Sequence record: PP695294.1
DNA length: 64,000 nucleotides
Reading direction: 5' to 3' (one strand)
Positions 1-6,884 of the stretch are shown piece after piece. The position numbers were made by a program, and so were the translations under genes. Every line of letters begins with the position of its first letter. Positions within the stretch are counted from its first letter, which is position 1. The notes below the pieces were generated by a model. That model was not told where the DNA came from. It worked only from the letters and a program-made list of their open reading frames with translations, and ran no database searches.

Positions 1-2
1 AA

Positions 3-191
3 CCTGGTCGTTTAAAGTTTTGGGCAGTTGTGGTAATGCACACTGTGGTGCTACTGGGTATTTTCATGTCTCGCGCTACGCCTGCCTTTTGGGGCTTAGT
101 TGTTTTGGTGTTCTTAGAAGGGGTTTACTTCGGTAATCTGTGGAGCAAGCCCCCGCGTTTAAGGGACCCGGCTTATGACAGTCGTGAATAG
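3..191 (+). CDS. Partial small membrane protein (5' truncated by window edge)
   Basis: Open frame from base 3 to TAG 189-191: PGRLKFWAVVVMHTVVLLGIFMSRATPAFWGLVVLVFLEGVYFGNLWSK..., two hydrophobic segments. Not in the ORF track. Confidence 0.55.
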   Translation, partial: PGRLKFWAVVVMHTVVLLGIFMSRATPAFWGLVVLVFLEGVYFGNLWSKPPRLRDPAYDSRE

Positions 192-306
192 TGTCAACGC
201 AGCCATGATTGCAACAGGTGCGTATGATGGTGCCACCTGGACAGACCTTGGCATTACGATTATCATCTGTGCAATCGGAGCATTTCTGGCATCATGGTTA
301 TTTTAG
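175..306 (+). CDS. 43-aa single-TM membrane peptide
   Basis: ATG175 to TAG306, MTVVNSVNAAMIATGAYDGATWTDLGITIIICAIGAFLASWLF; overlaps the upstream gene end. Confidence 0.5.
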   Translation: MTVVNSVNAAMIATGAYDGATWTDLGITIIICAIGAFLASWLF

Positions 307-401
307 TGAAGTGGGTTGGGTGTATCATCTGTAGCCTGGTACTAGGAGCAGGCGCATACGCCCTAGGCGCAATCCTTGCATTGACGCAAGGTTGGTTTTA
401 A
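306..401 (+). CDS. 31-aa hydrophobic peptide
   Basis: GTG306 overlaps the previous stop (TAGTG); MKWVGCIICSLVLGAGAYALGAILALTQGWF, TAA 399-401. Confidence 0.45.
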   Translation: MKWVGCIICSLVLGAGAYALGAILALTQGWF

Positions 402-419
402 CAGGAGGGTAATTACGAA

Positions 420-698
420 GTGGGAGAAGTATCATGTGACAGTGAAACAGTCTCTGATCCCGTGGTCGTGGGTTCAGGGGCGGCCGAGCCAACCCGGCGT
501 ATCGTTCTTTCGAGTGTGGGGATGGCTATAGGGTCTTCAAAGAACCTTCTAGCAGACATCGCGGAAGTCTGCGGGCCGGATGATTTTGCAGTTTCACGCA
601 CAGTCGGGGAAGACTGGCGTGGTAATCAGAAGCGCCATGAGCGAATGTGGCGACGGAAGGTTACCTCAGCATCGCGACGTTTTCAACGACGTTGCTGA
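420..698 (+). CDS. Hypothetical protein, 92 aa, basic C-terminus
   Basis: AGGAGG upstream of the GTG start; same strand as neighbours. Confidence 0.55.
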   Translation: MGEVSCDSETVSDPVVVGSGAAEPTRRIVLSSVGMAIGSSKNLLADIAEVCGPDDFAVSRTVGEDWRGNQKRHERMWRRKVTSASRRFQRRC

Positions 699-844
699 TT
701 AAAGACACGGTTCCGATAGAGAACTGGTCTTTACCTGCAGCGGTATACACCGCTAAGCTTTACCGGTAAACTTAAGAAAACACAAACGCAATTCTTCGTT
801 ACTCGCTTTCATCGCAGGTGAAAGCTCACTTAGGAATTCAGCTC

Positions 845-1333
845 ATGGCCGAAATTGTCATTCTTTCCTCATCTTCAGATTTAACGGAAGCACAAAATAA
901 ACAGCTGTTGGGGCTGCATTATAAATTTCTGAACCACCAACGTACCATACTCCATATCGAAAAAGGTGAGATTCCGAACCTCACTCTGGAGAAACTGTTG
1001 GCGGGGAACCGTGCTTGCGTTGCTCTGGAAGGGGGCACCCCTGTTGGTTACTGTTTGTATCGCGTAATCGCTGGGGTTCTGAAGATTCGTACGATGTTCG
1101 TGTCCGAAATGGCACGCCGTCGCAAAACGATGACGCAGATTTTTGATGCGCTTGATGTGAATGAACAGTTCACCAGTGCGCATGGGGGAATATACGCTTG
1201 CCAGGAAGCTGGTATTGCGTTCTTTACCGCTCGCGGTTTTGACAAGACCGTCTCTACAGACGGACAATGGCTTGAATTTAAGAAGCAGGTTCCTGCGGAA
1301 GCAGATGAACCTTTAAGGACTGCGGTAGCATAG
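845..1333 (+). CDS. GNAT-family acetyltransferase
   Basis: VALEGGTPVGYCLY / IRTMFVSEMARRRKTMTQI (motif A-like) / QEAGIAFFTARGF (motif B). ATG845 has AGGA upstream; the track uses GTG818. Confidence 0.7.
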   Translation: MAEIVILSSSSDLTEAQNKQLLGLHYKFLNHQRTILHIEKGEIPNLTLEKLLAGNRACVALEGGTPVGYCLYRVIAGVLKIRTMFVSEMARRRKTMTQIFDALDVNEQFTSAHGGIYACQEAGIAFFTARGFDKTVSTDGQWLEFKKQVPAEADEPLRTAVA

Positions 1334-1358
1334 TCCTGTTTTAGCACTCCTTACGATT

Positions 1359-1386
1359 ATGCCTCACTATGAGTGGGGTATTTTTA
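1359..1386 (+). terminator. Intrinsic terminator after GNAT gene
   Basis: ATGCCTCACT-ATG-AGTGGGGTAT stem with G-U pairs, followed by a T-run. Confidence 0.55.
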
Positions 1387-1403
1387 CGCGAGGAGTGCTA
1401 TTT

Positions 1404-1613
1404 ATGTTTCACCGTCCTGGGTTTTCAGCTTTAAACACCGATGTCTGTTGGGCTGAGTACGAGCGGGTGAAGGAGTTCTTACCCGTAAATCCAAAACACA
1501 TCAACGTGGGTACTATCGGGCGTGTTGCGTTCGATGATACTCCGCTGAGTACGTGTATTAAAGCTGCGCTTGGTACGCTGCCAGCGTCTATAGTGTTTGA
1601 GGAATTAAAATGA
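1404..1613 (+). CDS. 69-aa protein containing a degenerate EF-Tu N-terminal segment
   Basis: GAGGAG upstream of ATG1404 (the track start 1359 lies in the terminator); HINVGTIGRVAFDDTPLSTCIKAAL vs EF-Tu [25 protein letters not shown]. Confidence 0.7.
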   Translation: MFHRPGFSALNTDVCWAEYERVKEFLPVNPKHINVGTIGRVAFDDTPLSTCIKAALGTLPASIVFEELK

Positions 1614-2128
1614 CGGACGTTCGTGTTGACATATATGGGGAAATTCATACCACGGCCGATCGTAATCGTGTTGAATGGGCGATCATCGATAACCATCGGA
1701 AAAAACCATACGATTTTTTACTGTGTGAAGAACTGGGGCCGTATGAACATCACACTGCAAAAGCGCAAGATAAGGCATTAAAGGAGAAGATGTACTCTAT
1801 TGGGCCCATGGGGCTGGAGTTGGCTAAGAAACTCGGCATCCCTGCTATTGGGATCGATGACTGGAGCGACGCAACCTACGCTAAAGATATCAAGGATAAA
1901 AAGGGAATGGCTGTAAACTTTAGCCGTTCTTTTTATATTCGTGAAACTAAAATGGTTGCAAAAATTAAAAAGTATATGGCAAAAGGGCGTTGTGCTGTTA
2001 TGCTTGGCGACTCACACTTGCGCACCACGAAAACTAAAGAGCTTGGTGATGCGTCCCTTATCTGGGAAACGTTTAAGGATAATCCTGAAGTGAAGTTTCA
2101 CAGGAGCCCTAAACGCGAGATTGATTAA
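1610..2128 (+). CDS. Putative Tiki/TraB/EreA/ChaN-fold metalloenzyme
   Basis: Ordered motifs YGEIH, LLCEE, RETKMV, VMLGDSHL; ATGA coupling to the upstream gene. Confidence 0.55.
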   Translation: MTDVRVDIYGEIHTTADRNRVEWAIIDNHRKKPYDFLLCEELGPYEHHTAKAQDKALKEKMYSIGPMGLELAKKLGIPAIGIDDWSDATYAKDIKDKKGMAVNFSRSFYIRETKMVAKIKKYMAKGRCAVMLGDSHLRTTKTKELGDASLIWETFKDNPEVKFHRSPKREID

Positions 2129-2146
2129 ATCTAAAGGAGCATTAAA

Positions 2147-2569
2147 ATGGTTACCGCTATTCGCGAAACAAAATCACTATACGATCATTTATCAGAAGAA
2201 GAAACAGCCTTATTCTACGACCTGTTACCTGAAACCAAAGCAAATGTTCAGTGGTGGTTACGTTTAGCGCTGCGTGATAAAGTTGGGGAAACGCCGGTTA
2301 GTATTCTCGCACACACGTTGGACATGACACCCATGATTGAAATCGCGATTACCCGCCCTAAATTCTGGCGGCCTGGTATGGTGCGTGAGGCGTATCTACT
2401 CCAACGCTTAGGTGTTGACCCGGAGAAGTGTTGGCGTAAGATGGACGACCATCGCTACCGTGAAGAAATTACGAATAGCCTCAACACTATGTTGGCAATG
2501 AAACGACTCGGTATCGAACACGAAGGTTTCGAGTCTGCGGTGCAAGCGTGGGTGAGAAGGAATAGCTAA
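2147..2569 (+). CDS. Hypothetical protein, 140 aa
   Basis: AAGGAG RBS, ATG start, operonic. Confidence 0.75.
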   Translation: MVTAIRETKSLYDHLSEEETALFYDLLPETKANVQWWLRLALRDKVGETPVSILAHTLDMTPMIEIAITRPKFWRPGMVREAYLLQRLGVDPEKCWRKMDDHRYREEITNSLNTMLAMKRLGIEHEGFESAVQAWVRRNS

Positions 2570-2818
2570 ATGCAAAAAACAATCATCGGAATAACGGTTG
2601 GTTCTTTCTGTGGCTTCCCTACCCCACAAACAGAACCCCAATATTTGGGCGCAGGCAAACCTGATCCGGAAGTCCGTAAGTTGCGCGAAGAAGCAAAAGC
2701 CAGAGTTCTTACTGAGCTGGAATCGTTGCTTCAGTCTCCGGTTATTTCACAATGGGGTATGGCAATAGATGTCACTAGAACTGATCGACGAGGCTATTAT
2801 CTCCCACGACCTGTTTAA
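2570..2818 (+). CDS. Hypothetical protein, 82 aa
   Basis: ATG directly after the previous stop; overlaps the macrodomain gene by 50 nt. Confidence 0.5.
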   Translation: MQKTIIGITVGSFCGFPTPQTEPQYLGAGKPDPEVRKLREEAKARVLTELESLLQSPVISQWGMAIDVTRTDRRGYYLPRPV

Positions 2819-3269
2819 CGCGCCTGAGCGCTTCAAGGTCGTTACAGTTAACTGTGTTGGTGCAATGGGAAGGGGCATTGCTTTGGCGTGCCGAGAACGC
2901 TTCCCATCGCTTTATAATGACTATCGCCAGAAATGTCGTAAAGAGCAAATCGTTATCGGTGAGGTCTATTGTTATCCTGAGGAAGGGGTAATACTCCTTC
3001 CTACTAAAACCCATTTTCGCTATAAATCGCAGATTTACTATGTCACGTCCGGCATTGATGCGCTGGCGCGACTAGGGGAAGACTTAGAAGGAGGGATTGC
3101 GATACCGCCCCTAGGGATGGCTAACGGTTGGTTACGTTACCATGAGCGATTGGAAATCTTTATACACTTACAGAAACGACTACAACACACGGAGCAGACT
3201 TATCGATTCTATTTACCGGACACACTGCTAAAGGAAGCAGAGAAAATCATCCCAAATAGTTTCAAATAG
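2769..3269 (+). CDS. DarG-like macrodomain (ADP-ribose glycohydrolase)
   Basis: DLF..., VTVNCVGAMGRGIALACRERFP, LLPTKTHFR, IAIPPLGMANGWL match DarG-type macrodomain motifs. Confidence 0.85.
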   Translation: MSLELIDEAIISHDLFNAPERFKVVTVNCVGAMGRGIALACRERFPSLYNDYRQKCRKEQIVIGEVYCYPEEGVILLPTKTHFRYKSQIYYVTSGIDALARLGEDLEGGIAIPPLGMANGWLRYHERLEIFIHLQKRLQHTEQTYRFYLPDTLLKEAEKIIPNSFK

Positions 3270-3277
3270 ATATTATC
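3267..3277 (+). promoter_or_regulatory. Candidate phage early promoter core (TAGATATTATC)
   Basis: Same core recurs at 12352, 19910 and 51589 in intergenic positions. Confidence 0.5.
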
Positions 3278-3303
3278 ATCAGGGCACATTACAAAGGAGC
3301 ACA

Positions 3304-3348
3304 ATGCCGTCCGCGCCGTCTTCCCGGATTGGGAACGGAAAAGTATAA
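3304..3348 (+). CDS. 14-aa upstream ORF / leader peptide (MPSAPSSRIGNGKV)
   Basis: AAGGAG Shine-Dalgarno 5 nt before ATG3304; stop at 3346-3348, 20 nt before the SLT start. Confidence 0.35.
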   Translation: MPSAPSSRIGNGKV

Positions 3349-3368
3349 ATCCGTTTGGAGATACATCC

Positions 3369-4091
3369 ATGTTTCGCACCATTTTATTTCTTCTGGTAGC
3401 AATGACTACGTTCAACAGCAACGCTTCTTACCAGACCACCAGTAACAAACACCAAAAAGAATTCGTCCTTATCCAGGACCAGTTCAATGAGATTAAACCT
3501 CTCATCGTCACCGCATCTCGAAAACAAGGCGTACATGCCGGGATGCTTGCGACCACCATTTACCGTGAATCCCGTTTTAATAAAAACGTGGGTAAGAATA
3601 AATCGAGCAGTGCTAGTAGTGTTGTCCAAATGACGACAGGCACTAAACGCTCCATGATACGTCTGTATGGGAAACAACTTAACATCCCAAAGAACGCAGA
3701 CCTTAATAAACCGAAGTATGCTGTACAGCTTGCTGCCGTTTACATGAAACACATCGAGGATCATCTGACAAAACAACTCAAACGCAAGCCGAGCACAGCC
3801 GAAATCGCTTTAGGCTACCGCTTCGGTGAGGGTGCTGCTGTTGCGATGATTAAAAAGAAATCACCGGTCGGGAAACGCTGGATGGCCAGCTACCGAAAAG
3901 ACGCAGCATTCTACGGTGCGAAAATGACACCACCGAAAGCTGAAACACGTCAGCTTGCTTTTGCGAAGGAAGACCACGACCAACGCGTCGCCGAACTTCA
4001 GAAAATCTGGGATACGCTGTACACCAAAATATCACCTGCGGCCGGTACATTACTGGCAAATAACACTATCATGAAAGGAGCATTGCTTTGA
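3369..4091 (+). CDS. SLT-type lytic transglycosylase with N-terminal signal peptide
   Basis: MFRTILFLLVAMTTFNSNA signal-like start; IYRESRF (catalytic Glu), ASSVVQM in place of AxGLMQ, DLNKPKYAVQLAAVYM, LGYRFGEG. Confidence 0.8.
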   Translation: MFRTILFLLVAMTTFNSNASYQTTSNKHQKEFVLIQDQFNEIKPLIVTASRKQGVHAGMLATTIYRESRFNKNVGKNKSSSASSVVQMTTGTKRSMIRLYGKQLNIPKNADLNKPKYAVQLAAVYMKHIEDHLTKQLKRKPSTAEIALGYRFGEGAAVAMIKKKSPVGKRWMASYRKDAAFYGAKMTPPKAETRQLAFAKEDHDQRVAELQKIWDTLYTKISPAAGTLLANNTIMKGALL

Positions 4092-4681
4092 CACTCGTAA
4101 CACGCCCCTGGTATCCAGGTCTTAAAACAGCCGCACAAATCACCGCCAAAGACGTTTACGAACTGATTCGCGCGGGTGCGGAACACGTTCAAACCAATCC
4201 GAACTACGTTGAGCGTCCTATCGGTGAAGTCGATGGGGAAGCTGTCGAAGCACCTGTCTACGTTGAGTACGGCGAATGGTTCGCAGAGAACCACGGTTTC
4301 TACGACGCGTTAAACGCGGCGTTTGGTGATGACGAAGACGAAGGTATCGAATTCGACTGGAACGTTAATCTGGCGCTGATGTGGATTTGTGGTTTACGTC
4401 CAGCGATTAACGAAACCGAAGCAGGCTTCGTGCTGACGTGGCGACAGTCGGCGGGTTACGATAAAGAACTCGACTTCAAACAGGCGTATATGGATGTGTC
4501 GATTGCACTGCAGAAACTGTTCTTCGGCGATCGTGCTTTCTGCCAGCTCAGCTGGTTGACCATCCTGGAAAAACTGGCAACGTGCCACAAACTGTGGCGA
4601 GCAGAAGATGCCCCAGAACATCTTTTCGTGCTCGAATATGCAGTGGTACCGAACCAGCCGTTCTTTGAGGCCGAAGCGTAA
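4088..4681 (+). CDS. Acidic hypothetical protein, 197 aa
   Basis: TTG start overlapping the SLT stop, AGGAG upstream; terminator follows. Confidence 0.75.
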   Translation: MTLVTRPWYPGLKTAAQITAKDVYELIRAGAEHVQTNPNYVERPIGEVDGEAVEAPVYVEYGEWFAENHGFYDALNAAFGDDEDEGIEFDWNVNLALMWICGLRPAINETEAGFVLTWRQSAGYDKELDFKQAYMDVSIALQKLFFGDRAFCQLSWLTILEKLATCHKLWRAEDAPEHLFVLEYAVVPNQPFFEAEA

Positions 4682-4686
4682 TTAAC

Positions 4687-4720
4687 GGTCAGACCTTCGG
4701 GTCTGACCACCTTTTATTTA
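4687..4720 (+). terminator. Intrinsic terminator
   Basis: GGTCAGACC-TTCG-GGTCTGACC followed by T-rich tail. Confidence 0.8.
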
Positions 4721-4732
4721 ATTCTTGGGTGT

Positions 4733-4999
4733 GTGTTCGTGAAACGTTTAATAAATTTTCTCTACTGGATGGAGAAACGCTATAGCCACAACATTCCGAT
4801 GATGTATAGTTTGTTATTCTCCACGGTAATGTTGGTGATCGGTGCGATCGTCGCGCATCTGATGGAACTCACGTCTCCATGGGCGCAACTCTTTCTTACC
4901 ATCTGGATGTTGTTCTCAGGCTACCACATACGTGGTTTCATAACCCGATTCTTTCGCTGGCGTAGTACCTGGCACGTCTTTAATTCCGACCGTAACTAG
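4733..4999 (+). CDS. Small membrane protein with 2 TM segments, 88 aa
   Basis: MMYSLLFSTVMLVIGAIVAHL and WAQLFLTIWMLFSGY hydrophobic stretches; basic C-terminus. Confidence 0.65.
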   Translation: MFVKRLINFLYWMEKRYSHNIPMMYSLLFSTVMLVIGAIVAHLMELTSPWAQLFLTIWMLFSGYHIRGFITRFFRWRSTWHVFNSDRN

Positions 5000-5059
5000 T
5001 TTTTTACAGCAGTAACTAATCATCTGAAAATACCATTGACTTTTATAAGGACTATTAAC

Positions 5060-6193
5060 ATGCAATTTCCAATTTCCGTAATCGAAGATATGGCTCGTGT
5101 AGTACGTGACCGTGCGTATGTGCTTAGCTACGAGGGTATTCGTGCATATTCAGAAGCTCTGATTGCACAACACGTCACTGGCACCGGTGTTATCAACCCG
5201 GATCTTTACAATGCGCTGGTCGATAACAATGTGGAGGCTTATCTGCCGCTGCCGCACCTGCGTAATAAGTTGTGCCTTTCTTCTCAAACTCTTCAGTTTG
5301 ATAACCTGCCGCCACTGAAATATTCGCCAGATGACCGTTGGGGAAGTATGCTGGGTGTAGCTTTCCAAAATTGCCACGCGCCTTATAACTGGTCTATTCT
5401 CGTTGAAGGTGTTGATGGTGTCTGGTATGCCATTGCACATTCTGACGGATTCTTCTTCGAACCAGGTGAGTTGATTAAACCAGTAAGTGCCCCACAGGGC
5501 CGTGCTAAGGTTGGGCATTGTTACATTGAATTGACTCATGTCCAGTGGACTATCGAAGACTGGCGTGCTGCCTCCGTTATCTTCGGTGACGGTAAACCAC
5601 ACTCAGTTACTTTCGAGCGTTGTGAAGCAGAGCATGTTGAAGAGACTGACAATGACGAAGTGGGAGATCGTTACGCGCCGCTGGAAGAGTGTCGTAACAT
5701 CGCGAACATCGACTGGGTGAAAGTCTTTACGGCCAACCCCGGTTTCCGTGGTCAGACTATCAACCCCGGCGAAGTAACCTGGGAAGGTTTCGTACAACTC
5801 GCAGATAAACTCGGTTATGACGTGTGGGATTATACCTACAAACGTCCATACCCGAATGCATCGGAAGATGAAGACCACGATGAAATCATTCTGGAAAACT
5901 TGGTTGATATCGAAAATGTGTTTATTGACGACGAAATCTTTGTTACCCTCGGTATCGAACGTCCAAAATCAACAACTTATCCGGTATCGGTTTCCAGTGT
6001 GATTCAGGAACTGGGCAAAATGCAGGAGCAAACCGTCGAAGTGAAAGTCGACGAAGAGCAAATGCATATCGTTACACAGGTACAGAAAACTCTGAACCTG
6101 GATAAGCTGTACGCGGAAATCCGCAAGCAGCCGAAAAAGAAACGTACTGCTGCCACAATCAAAGCAATGATGCGTGAAATTATCGGCAAGTAA
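5060..6193 (+). CDS. Hypothetical protein, ~377 aa
   Basis: Long ORF; ATG5060 with TAAGGA upstream (the track uses TTG5036). Confidence 0.8.
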   Translation: MQFPISVIEDMARVVRDRAYVLSYEGIRAYSEALIAQHVTGTGVINPDLYNALVDNNVEAYLPLPHLRNKLCLSSQTLQFDNLPPLKYSPDDRWGSMLGVAFQNCHAPYNWSILVEGVDGVWYAIAHSDGFFFEPGELIKPVSAPQGRAKVGHCYIELTHVQWTIEDWRAASVIFGDGKPHSVTFERCEAEHVEETDNDEVGDRYAPLEECRNIANIDWVKVFTANPGFRGQTINPGEVTWEGFVQLADKLGYDVWDYTYKRPYPNASEDEDHDEIILENLVDIENVFIDDEIFVTLGIERPKSTTYPVSVSSVIQELGKMQEQTVEVKVDEEQMHIVTQVQKTLNLDKLYAEIRKQPKKKRTAATIKAMMREIIGK

Positions 6194-6198
6194 TGCGA

Positions 6199-6250
6199 TA
6201 AAAAATAAAAGCCTACCTACTCCCTTGGGAGTAGGTAGTTCTTTTTTTCT
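6199..6250. terminator. Bidirectional terminator between convergent genes
   Basis: A-run, CTACCTACTCC-CTTG-GGAGTAGGTAG, T-run. Confidence 0.85.
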
Positions 6251-6874
6251 TTAATTTGTTAACCCATTATCTTTCAGGATTTTCAACATCGCATCATTCA
6301 ACGCCTGCAGTTCTTGATTCTGCTTAGTGAGTGCTGCAACTTGTTCTGTCAGAGGAACCTGCTCACGGATTTTGGCTTTACGCACAGCTTCCATTTGCAG
6401 ATGTTCTTCTTCCGTCACCGTCCCTTCGTAATCCATCGATGTGATGTCCACACGTGCATCGATTCCTAAACCGCGTTCTAAAATGCTTTTCAGGTCGTTC
6501 GTTAGCAGTGTGACGTCGACGTATTCGGGTATTAATGCCAGGTCAATAACCACCACATTGCGTCTATAATTTAACCCGTTCAGTCCGGGATACGTCTCAA
6601 TGTACGTATCAGGCAACTCGTAGACTTGACCGTCCCTCGACTTTAATGTTACAATCGAAGCTTCGACATTAGCGTCGCTGATATAGTCGTCACGAGTTAG
6701 GCCGACGGGTTTATAATACTTGTTATAAACGTCAATATTATTACGTTGGAGCTTCGGAAAGTTCTGTACCGCGTCAACACGGTAAATCACTTTATCTGGC
6801 AACGTATAAGGTGCCTTAACCTTGAACAACCCCTCAAGGTTAACCTGAGGCGTATTAGGCAACAGTTGTGCCAT
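6251..6874 (-). CDS. Probable virion structural protein, 207 aa
   Basis: AGGAGG RBS; co-transcribed with the 459-aa gene; C-terminal coiled coil; call rests on position in phiKZ-like genomes. Confidence 0.55.
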   Translation of the reverse strand: MAQLLPNTPQVNLEGLFKVKAPYTLPDKVIYRVDAVQNFPKLQRNNIDVYNKYYKPVGLTRDDYISDANVEASIVTLKSRDGQVYELPDTYIETYPGLNGLNYRRNVVVIDLALIPEYVDVTLLTNDLKSILERGLGIDARVDITSMDYEGTVTEEEHLQMEAVRKAKIREQVPLTEQVAALTKQNQELQALNDAMLKILKDNGLTN

Positions 6875-6884
6875 TTAACCCTCC

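Noticed and set aside
647-820. Possible 57-aa GTG ORF and palindromes (TTTACCGGTAAA, AGCGGT-ATAC-ACCGCT) before the GNAT gene
   Set aside because: No convincing RBS; no tRNA T-loop or cloverleaf; short palindromes can arise by chance.
1359-1403. ORF-track N-terminal extensions (1359, 5036, 11550, 13475, 24966, 25877, 27737, 50580, 57408)
   Set aside because: Downstream starts have clear SD sequences, while the extensions overlap terminators or neighbouring genes.
4733-4999. Two-TM protein as the holin for the nearby transglycosylase
   Set aside because: Separated from it by a gene and a terminator, and the enzyme has its own signal peptide; topology alone is insufficient.
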